In this document: piece by piece, positions 24,350 to 37,378 of the stretch
How positions within the stretch are numbered: position 1 is the first letter of the stretch
How the letters are laid out: every line of letters starts with the position of its first letter
Source: Mobula hypostoma
Taxonomy: Eukaryota
Direction of reading: 5' to 3'
Assembly (NCBI RefSeq): GCF_963921235.1
Contig: NC_086097.1
Location: 25,980,001-26,044,000, forward strand
Length of the DNA stretch: 64,000 nt
The notes under the pieces: model-generated
What the model saw: only the letters and a program-made list of their open reading frames with translations
Told to the model about the DNA's origin: nothing
Database searches by the model: none
Made by a program: the position numbers and the translations under genes

Positions 24350-26690
24350 TTTCTAGTACACAAATGTAAAGGAGAATGAAATAATCATGAGTCTGGATCT
24401 AATGCAGCACAAAAAAACCATAATAAGATAAAGAATGCACTGATAAAAAGCAATTAGTATAAATACATAAGATAGCTTATCTACATCGATTGATTTATAT
24501 GTCCATAAAATGACATTAGGCACAGGAGTGTCTGTACATAAGGTGATTCCGACAGGAAATGATGAAGTAGTGCAGGGTAGGAGCTCTGTTGGGGTGGGTT
24601 TGTGGGTGAAGGTGTTGATCAGCCTTACTGCTTGGCGAAAGACAATAAACAATAGACAATAGGTGCAAAAGTAGACCATTCGGCCCTTCGAGCCTGCACC
24701 ACCATTCTGAGATCATGGCTGATCATCTACTATCAATACTCAGTTTCTGCCTTGTCCCCATAACCCTTGATTCCCCTATCCATAAGATACCTATCTAGCT
24801 CCTTCTTGCAAGCATCCAGAGAATTGGCCTCCACTGCCTTCTGAGGCAGCGCATTCCACACCTCCACAACTCTCTGGGAGAAGTTGTTCCTCCTCAACTC
24901 TGTCCTAAATGACCTACCCCTTATTCTTAAACCATGCCTTCTGGTACTGGACTCTCCCAGCATCTGGAACATATTTCCTGCCTCTATCTTGTCCAATCCC
25001 TTCATAATCTTATATGTCTCATTCAGATCCCCCCTCAATCTCCTTAATTCCAGCGTGTACAAGCCAGTCTCTCTAACCTCTCTGCGTAAGACAGTCTGGA
25101 GATCCCAGGAATTAACCTAGTGAACCTACGCTGCACCTCCTCCACAGCCAGGATGTCCTTCCTTAACCCTGGAGACCAAAACTGCACACAATACTCCAGG
25201 TGTGGTTTCACCAGGGCCCTGTACAAATGCAAAAGGATTTCCTTGCTCTTGTACTCAATTCCCTTTGTAATAAAGGTCAACATTCCATTAGCCTTCTTCA
25301 CTGCCTGCTGCACTTGCTCATTCACCTTCAGAGACTGATGAACAAGTACTCCTAGATCTCTTTGTATTTCTCCCTTACCTAACTCCACACCGTTCAGATA
25401 ATAATCTGCCTTCCTGTTCTTGCTCCCAAAGTGAATAACCTCACACTTATTCACATTAAACACCATCTGCCAAGTTTCTGCCCACTCACCCAGCCTATCC
25501 AAGTCACCTTGAATTCTCCTAACATCCTCATCACATGTCACACTGCCACCCAGCTTAGTATCATCAGCAAACTTGCTGATGTTATTCACAATGCCTTCCT
25601 CTAAATCATTGACATAACTATGATTATAACTATGAAAGTAACTATGATTGATTCTAATGGTCCTGCTGTGGATGCTACGTAGCCTCCTCCCTGAGGGGAG
25701 TGGGAGGGATCCTTCATGATGTTGCTGGCCATTTTCCAGCACCTTTCTATTTGTCCATATGTCCTTTATGGCAAGTAGGCTGATGCCAGCGATGCATTGG
25801 GCTATTTTGACTACCTGTTGTGGAGCCTTCCTGTCCATTGCAGTGCAGTTTCTGTACCATGCAGTGAATCAACATATCAGGATGTTCTCTACTGTGCATC
25901 TGTAGAAGGACATGAATACTGATGTGCATAGACCAGCTCTCTTCAGCGTCCATAGAATGTAGAGCTTTCTTGATTGTGTAGAATGTGTTCTGAGACTATG
26001 AGAGGTTGTGTGAGATGTACACTCCCAGGAGTTTGAAACTGTTTGTAGCTTTCACTGCTGTGCTGCCTATGTAAGGAAGGGTGTGAGTGGTAGGAGTTCT
26101 CCTGAAGTCGATAACCATCTCCTTTCTCTCATTAACATTGAGGAAGAGTTTATTTGCCTGGGACCAGGCCTCTAGCTCTCGACCTGCTCTCCGTAGTCCA
26201 TCTCAATATTGTTGATGATGAGCCCCACTACCGTCATGTCATCAGCAAGCTTGTTGATGTGAGATTACTCAGGTGTTTGGCCGTGAGCAGAGTGGACAGC
26301 AGCTGGTTCAGTACACAGCCGTGGGGGACAGCTGTGTTGAGCATGATGGTGAGGGGGGAGCGGATGTACATCCTGACTGTCTGAGGTCTGTTCATTAGGA
26401 AGTCCAAAGTGGTGTATTTAGACCAAGGAGTAGGAGTTAGTTTACCAAAGTCTGTGGGACAATAGTGTTGAATGCCAAACTGAACTCCAGAAATAGCATC
26501 CTTCTTTATTTCCCTCCACACCTGCTTCCTGAACTGCTGAGTTCCTCCGGCATTCTGTGTGTGTATGTGTGTTGCTTAAGGTTTCCACTACTGTATCTGC
26601 ATAATCTCTTGTGTCCCTGAAGGCAGCAGACTGGGTAGTTAAGCTGGCAAAGACTGTGACATTAGTCCTACTAAATAGATCATGGATCAA
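24350..26690 (-). mobile_element. Rex1/Babar LINE interrupted by a CR1
   Basis: LDFLMNRPQTVR, VPHGCVL, DRKAPQQVVKIAQ and LPSGRRLRSI. Confidence 0.8.
24642..25614 (-). mobile_element. Young 5'-truncated CR1
   Basis: YVNDLEEG..ISKFADDTKL...PHLEYCVQFWSP, a (ctattgt)n tail and a short TSD gaaag (24637-24641 / 25634-25638). Confidence 0.92.
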
Positions 26691-26699
26691 GGTTGAACT

Positions 26700-28860
26700 A
26701 TATTTGTTGATATTTACATGTACTTTTACAGATGTAAGGAACTTGCTGCAGTGTTTTGGTCAGGGTAGGCCATGCAACAAAAAATAAAACAATGATAAAG
26801 AATAAAAAATTTATACAAGAAATAAGCTAGAGGTTAAAGTATGGATTTGGAATAAAATATGCATAATAAAATGGGGCATAGAATATAAAAAGTGGGGTAT
26901 TATGATATAATTTTATAAAATCTTGGTCTTGCCACAACTGGAGTACTATGCACCATTCTAGTCACATGGATATTGCTGCCAAATGAAACAATGTTACTCT
27001 GGACCAAAGTGCTCAACACAGTACATACAACACAAAGTAATATTGCAACAAATAAATTCATGAATAATATACTTAGTAAGATTGACATTTAGCATAACGT
27101 GCATTTACGACACAAGTTAAAAAGTAAACAGTATAACGCTACTGGCACTTCATATGTGATGAGCTTGATCGGTGGTAGGAAGTTCAGCAGTCCCATGGCT
27201 TGGGGGAAGAAGCGGTTTCATATCCAGACAGTCCTTGTTCTAATGTTACAGTACCTCCTGCCTGATGGTAGGGGGTGAAAGAGACTGTTGGACAGATGGG
27301 AGGGATAATTGACAATGCTAAGGGATCTACATACACAGCGCTCCTGGTAAGTATGTTGGATAGGTAGAAGAGAGACTCTGATGATCCTCTCAGCAGTTCT
27401 CACAGTCCTTTGTAGGATCTTGCAGTCCCTTACCAGATGTTGATGCAGCTGGTCAGGACAGTCTCAATGGTGCTCCTGTAAAAAGTAGCTCGAATGAGGG
27501 GGGTAAGGGGAAGAGACACTTGCTCGCCTCAGTCTCCTCTGGAAGTGGATATGTTGCTGTCCTTTCTTGACTGAAGAGATGGTGTTGAGGGAACAGGTGA
27601 GATCCTCTATGATGTGTACTCCTGGAAACTTGGTGCTCCTTTCTCCAGGGAGGACCCGTTTATGTGAGGAGTGGTCAGCCTGCACCTTCCTGAAGTCCAT
27701 AATTATCTCATTAGTGTTGTCCACGCTGAGACTTAAGTTGTTGTGGTTGCACCATTCTGAAAGTCAATCTACCTCTCTGTACATTGTCTCGCTGTCATTG
27801 TTGTTGAGGTGTTGTGTAATCAGTGAACGTTGATTCCGATTCAGTTTGAGCTGGACCTAGCAGTACAGTCACGCCTTGCAATGAACAGCAGTGAGCATGC
27901 AAGCATGAGGGATGCTGGTACTCAGCTTGAATGGAGTTAGGGATGGTGCTGCCAACATGAATTAAGTCTTTCTGTGAACAAGTCCAAGGTACTGAGACCC
28001 AGTGAGGATAGTTTACCCACCAGCTTCTGCAGATCAATCAGGTTCAATGCCAAGTTGGAATTGATAAACAGCATACTGGCGTGCAAGGCACCATTTTCCA
28101 GGTGGGTCAGGACAGAGGCAATGGCATCATCAGCAGACAGATTTGAATGATAAGTAAACTGGAAAGGGTCCTATGTAGGAGGAAGATGGGACTTAATGCA
28201 ATCCATAACCAGCCACCCAAAGCTCTTCATTATTAGAGGTCAGTGCCACTGGTTGGTAGACATTACAGCAGGTTACCGTTGCCCTCTAGACACCAGGATG
28301 ATGGTAGCTGCCTTGAATGTGATAAATAAATCTAAATCTTTACTAAGCACTTCCTTCATGAAATTGTGTACATCCAGTAAAACCTCTGCTGTCCAAAAAC
28401 AAACACTCTCAAACCTTCTTCATTGCAATCAGAATCAGTTTATTTACACTGATATGTCATGAAATTTATTGTTTTCTGGCTGCAGAATAGTGCAAGAAAA
28501 GTTACAAATATAAATAAATGACACAAAAGAGGAATAGTGAGGTAGTGTTCTTGGATTGTTCGGAAATCTGATAGTGGAGGGGAAGAAGCTGTTCCTCAAT
28601 TATTAAGTGTGGGTCTTCAGGCTCCTCTACCCCCTCCCCTGTGGTAGTAACGAGAAGAGGGCTTATCCCAGATGGTGAGGGTCCTTAGTGTTGGATGCCA
28701 TATTCTTGAGGCACCACCTCTTTAATATGCCCTCAATGGTGGAGATGCTTGTGCCCATGATAGAGCTGGCTGCGTGTACCTCCACAGTCCCTTATGATCC
28801 AATGCATTGGAGCCTTGGAGCCTCCTTCCCGGGCTGTGGCACAACCAGTCAGAATGCCCT
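26700..28860 (-). mobile_element. Several degraded Rex1-type LINE fragments
   Basis: ORFs 27218..27403 (LPSGRRY) and 27464..27724 (IMDFRK..DLTCSLN), plus recurrent tails. Confidence 0.7.
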
Positions 28861-30459
28861 CGATTATCTTTGGCCACAGTTTATCAATCCTGTTTAACAT
28901 CGGTTCTTCAGCATGTTCAAGGCTCACCAATACTGTGGGTCTTTCACAAGGCAAGTCCACTGAAGGATTGGGAATGCGCTGTGAATACTACATTTCCCAG
29001 TTCATTTCCTGGGAATCGAAGGTGCCAGGTTTTCCTTCAAGTGCATTTCTCAGAAAATGCTCCTCTTACCTCAGTATCTTGGCTTCTTGTCCGTGGTTTC
29101 AGGTTCCTTAATTGGTGCTTTGCCATTTTCTTGCCAGCCTGATCACAGAAAATTGATCATTATCCTGAGGGGTCGTGTGCAGTGAAATGTGCATTACATC
29201 CTTGTTTTCCATTTCTGGTTTATTGAGTTGTTATTCATCTTTATTATTTGAATGACCAGATTTGGAAGGGTTTTGGAGAATGCCCAACTGTTTGTACTGA
29301 AGCATGGCAAGAACTAAAGGTCATAGGTTAAGGGTGAAAGATGAAATATTTAAGGGGGATTTGAGCAGGATGTTGTGAGATTTGTGTGTGTGAAACACGC
29401 TGCCAGCGTAAGTAGTGGATACAAAATTTTTGTAATTTGTATTAAATTTCACTCAATACAGCACAAGTGAAAGTTGAAGGATGTTTTGTCTTCTGATTAG
29501 AACAGAATCTGCTCATGTCCTTTTTTTAAACAAACATGGTGTAATTAAAACAATCCACTAAAAGAATCCTAATTGCTAGTGAGGAATGCACTTGGGATTC
29601 AGAAAATGCTGGCCACTCCAAACGTTTATTTAAAAATACAATAATCACCAGTTACATATGGAAGTTTCATTACCATACACCTAAAACAGATAGAAGTGCA
29701 AAGAGTATTGACAGATGTATTTTGTTGGTAGCCTAGCATTGATCTTTCTTTCTTTCTTTTAAAAAAATTAATCAAACTAATTTTCATAACCCTAAAATAA
29801 AAATCATATGGCACTTCAAAGCAGTCAAATGTTCCAAGGGGCTTCACTGGTGCCCTAACAGGGAAAAAAATGACAGCGAGTCACATTAGGAAATGTGTTA
29901 AGATGGGCAATGGTCCAGGTTTCATGGAGTGACCCAGCAGGACAAGGGGTGGAATTGCTGTGGTTTGGTGACCGCCAATGATGGAATATCAGGGGACAGA
30001 GTTGGAAGAATCCTAGTGTCTCTGCCAATATAGGACTGGAGTAAAATGACTTATTTTAAATTTATGTTAAAAAATGTTAAATACCTTCCCCATGCATAGA
30101 AAGTAGAACATAGAATACTACCACACAGTACAGGTCCTTTGGCCCACGATGTTGTGCTGACCTTTTAACCTTCTTTAACCCTTCCCTCTTACTCTGCCCT
30201 CCAAGTGCCTACATAAGAATTTAAATGCTCCAATGTATTTAATTCTACCTCTATGCACACAGAGTGTGCTGCAAGTTGATCTTTACACCTTCAGTGAAAG
30301 TTTTCCTGTATCTATGCATTCCAAATTGGTCATTACCAGAGATTTCTTTCTTTAACTGAATGCAATCAGCTAAATGTCCACACAGGAGTATGTTCTTTTC
30401 ACCATGATATATAGACAGGCAATTTATCCCACAAGGCAAAGGAGGACAAAAACTTCAAC

Positions 30460-31040
30460 AACAGATGTTTTTAAATGGAACATCAAACTTTACCAACTTC
30501 TTTCAATACACAGTGGAGAGTATCCTAACAGGTTGCATCACAGCCTGGTACAGAAACACCAATGCCAAGGAATGTAAAAGTCTACAAAAAGTGGTGGACA
30601 CAACCCAGTCCTCCACGGGAAAAGCCCTCCCCACCATTAAGAAAAACTACACAAAGAATGCTACCACAAGAAAGCAGCATCAATCATCAAGGACCCCACC
30701 ATCCAAGCTATGTTCTCTAGGAGGCAGAGGGGCCTTAGGTCCCACACCACCACATTCAGTAATAGTTATTAACCTATAACCATCAGGCTCCTGAACTGGC
30801 ATGGATAAGTACACTCATCTTAACTTGAACTGATTTCACAACCTACCGACTCACTGTCAAGGGCTCTACAACTCACGCTCCCAGTATTATTTATTTATTT
30901 TTAATTCCCACTATTTGTCTTCTTTTGCACATTTGTTTTTCTTAAATTCTATTACATTTCTTTATTTTCTTGTATATGACTGTAAGAAAGTAGTATATGG
31001 TGACGTAAATGTATTTTTATAATAAATTTACTTTGACTTT
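30460..31040 (+). mobile_element. Rex1-type LINE 3' fragment
   Basis: TVESILTGCITAWY..KSLQKVV (ORF 30465..30779) and tail aataaatttactttgactttg. Confidence 0.8.
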
Positions 31041-31589
31041 GTTTCAACTGGCATGATTGGGTATTTAACTGTGGTGCTAAAGCCTAAAGGACTGCCTACT
31101 CCCAGACTCCAACTATATAACCCTTGCGGTTTATCTTGGTGTGGCAGTGTGCAACGCAGGTACGTATTTATATTACAGCCAGCTGAGCTAAAAACCTAAC
31201 ATTGGGGTCTGACGTATTTAATATAAAGACCAATGAGGGGAAAAAAAGAGAGAAGGTTCAGAATAAATAATTAAAAAGTGAGTTCTTGCACTCTTGCTGG
31301 GTTTGCAGAACATACATGGCAGGATAGAGCACAAAAATACAAATGGGAAGCCTGTGACTGTCACGAACAATTCAACAAAGCAAAAAGTTTGGAAGAGATT
31401 CAGGGGTTAATATCAGCAGGTAAAGTCAAACAAGCCCTTTCCATAGAATATCTAAATGGTGAGAAAGAGTGAGGGAAAGGGGGATTGAGAGAGGGTGAGA
31501 TAGAAGGGGGTGGGGACCGAGAGAGAGAGAAGGATATTCACCAAGCTGAGATAAAATATATCTCTGAGTCTTGGTTTGACATTGGTGGT

Positions 31590-32580
31590 GAACAAGTTGG
31601 GATGGTATATCAGTGTCTGGAGATGCACAATTTAGTCAGGGATAGTCATAAGTCAACACAGACTTGGCTGAGGAGGATCATAGTCTGACCAAGGTAATTT
31701 TGAGGCAGTACCAAGGCTTGAAAGTAAGGATGGGTGACTTGATAGAGCAGTCATGAATTCTGGCAGACCATTTGGTGGGTATCCCAAGTTGCAGACTGAT
31801 CAGAAGAATGAGGGTCTAAGAGATCCAGGAAAAAAGTGGAGAGAACTCATTTCAGAGGCAAAAGTGGTTGAAGGGAATTTCAGAGACCGGAGGAGTATGA
31901 GCAGCACTTTCTGTTGGGGTTGTTACTTGGCAATTTGGGATTTATATTTTATTTTGGATAAATCTAGGGGCACCACTTGGTTGATAGGAAGGAAGGTCAC
32001 AGCTACAGGAAGTTATCAATATATGGGTATGGTGGCCAAACAGAGTAGAAAATCGATTGAAATCAAGAGTGATACAATATAACTTTTTTGGGGAGGACAT
32101 GTATGATGAGTAGTGGGCATTGGAGGATACAGAGGCTTTTAGAGATTTAAAATCATATGTTCCCAGGATCTTGAAACCAGCAGAATAGGACTGAGTGGTT
32201 AGGAGGCACATACTCCCTGGAGTGCAGGAGATTAAGGGGAGATTTGATAGAGGGATACTAAATTATGAGGGGTATGTAGATAGGGTAAATGCAAGCAGAC
32301 TTTTTCCACTGAGGTTGGGTGAGACTAGAACTACAGATTATTGGTTAAAGGTGAAAGGTGAAATAGTTAAGGGGAACATGAGGGGGAACTACGTCACTCA
32401 GAAGGTGGTGAGAATGTGGGACGAGCTGCCAAGAGAAGTGGTGGATGTGGGCTCAATTTCAACATGCAAGGGAAACTTGTATAGGTACATGGATGGGAGG
32501 GGGATGGAGTGCAGAATGATGGGACCAGGCATATTAATAGTTTGGCATGGACTAAAGGGCCTGCATGTATGTGATGGTAC
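31590..32580 (+). mobile_element. Degraded CR1 fragments
   Basis: DRVNASRLFPLRLGETRT..TQKVVRMWDELP (ORF 32195..32590). Confidence 0.7.
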
Positions 32581-32939
32581 AAGAGGTTAGCCTCAGACTG
32601 TAAAGTGGTGGATATCCAAAATTAAAGTCAAAACACTAAAGCAGATTAGATACATTGAAATATCAAAAAGGAGAGTAACATCCCTTTTAAGGATTAACAG
32701 CTGGAAAGCCTTTTCTTTCATGTGCTGACATACTAGGCATTTCTCAGTTTTATTATGGAACTATCGAGCTTTTGTAAACTGCTCCCTCTGAACGATACTG
32801 TATACTTGGTTCCATGTTGTTCACCTACTGCACCTGAAATGTAATTCATGGCAAACAGCTGCAGAAGAACACACCTCACTATAAAATTGTGCATCTAATG
32901 AAGAAACGCTCAACAAATTATGGTTCCAGTTCAATATTC

Positions 32940-33255
32940 TGTTTCGATAGGTGGGGTACGACACCACCTTTCAGCTACCTACAATGTAGTCCTAACATCT
33001 TTATCCCGGTATCTCCACAACAGTTCATACTTTCATTTATGCAAAGATAAGCCTAATTACCTCTATGACTCTTAACGACCCTCATATGATTGCTATACCT
33101 TTAAACAACTCACAGAGTTTATAAGCCAGAAAACTACCCAGCATGGATTAGAACTGAAGAAGCCTCTTGGACGAGTGCCAAAACATCTTCTAGACAACAC
33201 AGCAAGTCTAGTCACCTTGATTTACTATTGTTTGATATACAATGACCTTCAAAGA
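32940..33255 (+). mobile_element. Second Penelope-like family 3' end (Poseidon-like) with degenerate hammerhead
   Basis: GGVRHHLSATYNVVL C-terminal peptide, followed by TAGAA CTGAAGA ... AAAA CATC TTCTA (33149-33192). Confidence 0.6.
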
Positions 33256-33434
33256 TATTTCAATATTCTAGTTTTCCCTCCAAACTGTCTTAAGTATTCC
33301 TTTTTAAGTCACCTGTAACTCCTTGGTAGTTCAGCAGCCTGCAGAATATTCAAATCATCATAAAAAAAGCAACACTTTTAATTAACATTTTCGCAAGTCC
33401 CACAACTTTCACTCCTTAAATTGTGCTCCAGTTG

Positions 33435-34230
33435 GGTGGCAGAGCAGCGTAGCGGTTAGCGCAATCTGAGTAACAGACAGCAGCCAGTAAGTAAAATAGT
33501 AAGCTCGGGCTGCTGCGTGTAAGGAGTTCGTACATTCTCCCCATGACTATGTAGGTTTCCTCTGGGTGCTCCAGTTTCCTCCCACATTCCAAAGTTGCAA
33601 GTTCAGGGTTGTGAGTTGTAAGCATGCACTAGAGCATGGCAAAATTTGCGGCTGCTCCCAGCACTATCCACTCTGACTTCATTTGATACTGTATGTTTCT
33701 GTGTATATGTGGCAAGTAAAGCTAATCTTTAGATCACAGTCTTTCTCACATCTTTGTTGGTGATACTAATGCTGTGATGTTATCATATCTTATGATTATG
33801 CACCGCAAGAGGTGGTATTTGGCCCTCAGTGTTAGTGCCAAATCCTTGGGATACCAATTCAAATTATCCCAGTCATCCCCCCTGCTCCCAGCCCAAGAAT
33901 TAATAGGTTTTCTCTTTAAGAGCAGCCCAGTGAGGGAGCAGTTAGCGACCAGAGTTAGAATCTGACCTCGGTGCTGTTGTGACGAGTTTGTGCGTTCTCG
34001 GTTGTGTTTGCGTAGGCCCCCCCACCGCCCCTGAGTACTCCATTTTCCTCTCACATCCCAAAGACATATTCATAGGTTAAACAGGTACAGTTAAACTATC
34101 CTTGTGGAGATGCATGGCAGGAAAATGAGGGCGTGTTGAAGGGAGTATGGGCTATAGGGAAGGAACTGACAGAAGGGGATTGATGGGAATGGACTTCTAC
34201 ACTGTAAAGAAATATGAAAGTTCCTTTCTA
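33435..34230 (+). mobile_element. Two V-SINE-like elements (33435-33730, ~33930-34230)
   Basis: gtagcggttagc head and gggtgctccagtttcctcccacattccaaag core. Confidence 0.7.
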
Positions 34231-35976
34231 ACCTTTTAGATGTAACTTTTTGCAGAAGACAGGTAAGGCAAAAGGAATGCACAATGACAAAATATCGGGG
34301 AGAACTAAGATGGTGGTGAGAGTCGGGAACAGGCTGCCAGCAGGATAAGTGTATGCGGGCTTGATTTCAACATTTAAGAGAAAATTGGATAGGTATGTGG
34401 ATGGGAGGGATATGGAGAGCTCTGGTTGTGTGCAGATGGGTGGGACTAAGCAGAATAATAGTTCAGCATTGACTAGCTGGGCCAAAGGGCCTGTTACCAT
34501 GCTGTAGCATTCTGTCTATGAGAAATGCAGTACATATAATTTGCAGTTGAAAGTTTGCATCACTATTTGTGATGTGCTGGGGCAGCCTGCAAGCGTCACC
34601 ATGCTTCTGGTGTGCGTAACTCACTTACCCTAATCTTTGGAACGTGGGTGGAAACTGGAAAAAACCCACAGTCACAGGGAGAATATACAGTGCAGGATTT
34701 GAACCCTGATCAGTGATCGCTGGTGCTGTAAAGCAATTTCAGTGACCGCTGCACTGCTGTTGGTTACCGTCTTTACTGCCTCTCACGATAAATGAAGATT
34801 AGTGCGTTAATTCCCCATTGCAAAGCTGTCCCTAGTATAAGTCGTAATGTCTGAAACTCGTGCAGTGTTTTGACCTGAAATGTCAACAACTCCTTTCTCC
34901 ACAGATGCTGCTCAACCTGCTGAGTTCCTCCAGGATTGGAAGAGTTGTTTGGAATGTGGGGAGAATAAAATGGGTAGGGTAGGACTAGTGTAAAATGGCC
35001 AGACTCAGTGGGCCAAAGACCGCATTTCTTTGCTGTATTTGTCTGTGACTCTTTTATTTTGCTAGCCCAAAGGCACCAAGACCAGTAATACCAAAGACAC
35101 TGAGGTGATTGTACTGATCCCATTGGTACCTGGAAAAGATCAGCACTGACAGGGGCCAGAAATTTGGATACCAAACTCCTATTCTTGGCATCACTGACTA
35201 TCCCATGTGTAAGGCTCAGAACTCCAGGTAATGCATTTACCCAATAACTAGTCAGGTTACTAAGGAGTCCAAGTAGTACACGAGGAATACAAAAATGCAA
35301 TATCCTATTAATTTTGCCTTTTGCTACAGCAAGAAATTCCTTCCTAAAGTCAGAGCACATTTCATTTATCTAAAGATATTTCAAATTTTCAAACAAAAAA
35401 CGTGATTTTTTTTTGAAATTTCACAATCTCAGTAGAATTTTAAAAAGGAAACAATGCATCTTTAATTTCTTTTTCATTGTAGAACAACCCACAAAAGGAC
35501 CAGTAAACCCTTCTTAATCAGAAAATCTCAATCTCCGATGCACAAGTGCCGAACAGGATGACAGGAGAAGGTGACCTGCTGCCTGCAGCCACGTAACTAT
35601 CTCCTTCTGTGTTTTCAGAAAAGGAAAAAAGAAAAGGTGCACAGCAAGCCCAAGAGTTTCCCAACAATGAGACCTAGTTCAGTCCTTGCTCAAGTTCTAA
35701 GTACGTCCAAGAAAGAAACCAAGATTGATTATGTGGTATTTGATGAGAAGATGCAGTACTCCACATAGAATACACACTGAGGAGTTCAATCAGTAGATTT
35801 TGTCCCAACATTTTTAGTTATTAAATCCAGCAAATGCAACAATTAAAATTCCTTTTTCTTTTGGTCTCTTCAGGAATTGAAATGTTGAAATTTGCGCAAA
35901 GATGGCAATGTGCTACCTGCCAGACAGGCACACCGACATGGCAGTGTAATGGCATGGTTTCTGCACGTGGATTGCT

Positions 35977-36060
35977 TCACTGTTGAGCACATTCGTTTGG
36001 ATGATCAGTTTCCATACCATCCCCACTCGCAGCCCGAACCCTCCTCTGTTCAATTTCCAC
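35977..36060 (-). CDS. STON2: Stonin-2 last coding exon
   Basis: Acceptor tcttgcacag|, then VEIEQRRVRAASGDGMETDHPNECAQQ-TGA in phase 0. Matches the VEIEQ...ECxxQ stonin-2 C-terminus as I recall it. Confidence 0.9.
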   Translation of the reverse strand: MEIEQRRVRAASGDGMETDHPNECAQQ

Positions 36061-36169
36061 CTGTGCAAGATACAAAAAAAATCACTGCATACAAGATAGA
36101 AGCATTACTTTTCAAGCTACTTCAGAAAAAAAAGATTAATGTCAACACTAAAGCTATTATTTTGATGTT

Positions 36170-36890
36170 AATAGTCATGCCTGTACAGTGCATTACTGTA
36201 CAGTACAGGCCTTTCAGCCCACAGTGATGTGCTGAGCTTATAATTTACGCTAAGGTTTCTCTTTGGAGACTACCACTACTTTATCACTTCCTGTCAGTCA
36301 CCTTTGGTACAGATACTTCTACGCCTAGCATCACTTTATGGACATACAATCAACCTATGTATACAAGGTACCTTATGTATTTGTATGTATTTTTATTATT
36401 GTATTCTTTACCTTATTGTGCTATTTGTAACAATTATTCCATTCTCCTTGTGTAATGGAAATGATATTAAACAATCTTGAATCAATCTAACCCTTCCCTC
36501 CTACATAGCCCTCCATTTTTCTACCACTCATGTGCCAAGGGTGTCTTAAATGCTCCTAATGTACCTGCCTACCTGCCTCTACCACCACCCCTGGCAGGGC
36601 ATTCCACGCACCCACCACGCTCTGTGTAAGAAAACCTTACCTCTAACATACCCCCTGTACTTTCTTCCAAATGCCTAATTACCTTAAAATAATGTCCCCT
36701 TGTATTAGCCATTCCCACACTTGGAAAAATTCTCTGGCTCTCCACTCAATCTATGCCTCATTAATCTGTACACCTCTATCAAGTCGCCTCTCATCCTTCT
36801 TTGGTCCAAAGAGAAAAGCCCTAGCTCACTTAATCGATCTTCATAGGTCATGCCCTCTAGTCCTTGCAACATCCTGGTAAGTATCTTCTG
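36170..36890 (-). mobile_element. CR1 3' fragment in the last STON2 intron, split by a Rex1 tail (~36270-36483)
   Basis: YEDRLSELGLFSLDQRRMRGDLIEVY (ORF 36705..36956). Confidence 0.8.
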
Positions 36891-37378
36891 TATCCTTTCT
36901 AAAGCTTTAGGTAATTTTCTACAATGCGTGTTTCTTAAAATGTCTTCAGAAGACAATCAGACATTCAGCAATTTAAACAAAAGGATTGGGTAATAAATAT
37001 CACATCCATATTCTAAGAAAAAATAAAAAGTTCTGTTTTTGAGGGATGAGTTACAGCCAGTTTCATCGTATTTTCAAGTAGTTTGATTTGATGACTGGAA
37101 TGGTACGAGAAATTTATAAAGAAAAACACAGGAATAGAATTGAAACATCCAACACAAAAAGTGCTGGAGGAACTCAGTGGGTCAAACGGCATCTATGGAG
37201 AAGAATAAACAGTTGACATTTTGTGCTTTCATCAGGACTGGACAGTAAAGGGAAGAACAGAATTGAAAATTTGAATGTTGGGAAATGTCAGTGGTGATGT
37301 ACAGTGTACTCACTGTTCAAGAAAAATGAATGATAGTAATATGCCATAAGGTGATGGTGATTACAACTTGGAGCTTAC

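Noticed and set aside
25044..25838. 264-aa ORF as a novel gene
   Set aside because: Chance in-frame fusion of a Rex1 remnant and an inserted CR1 RT fragment.
1..29400. GTF2A1 exons or promoter, expected downstream of STON2 from mammalian synteny
   Set aside because: No recognisable TFIIA peptide or CpG island seen by eye. A tBLASTn search would be decisive.
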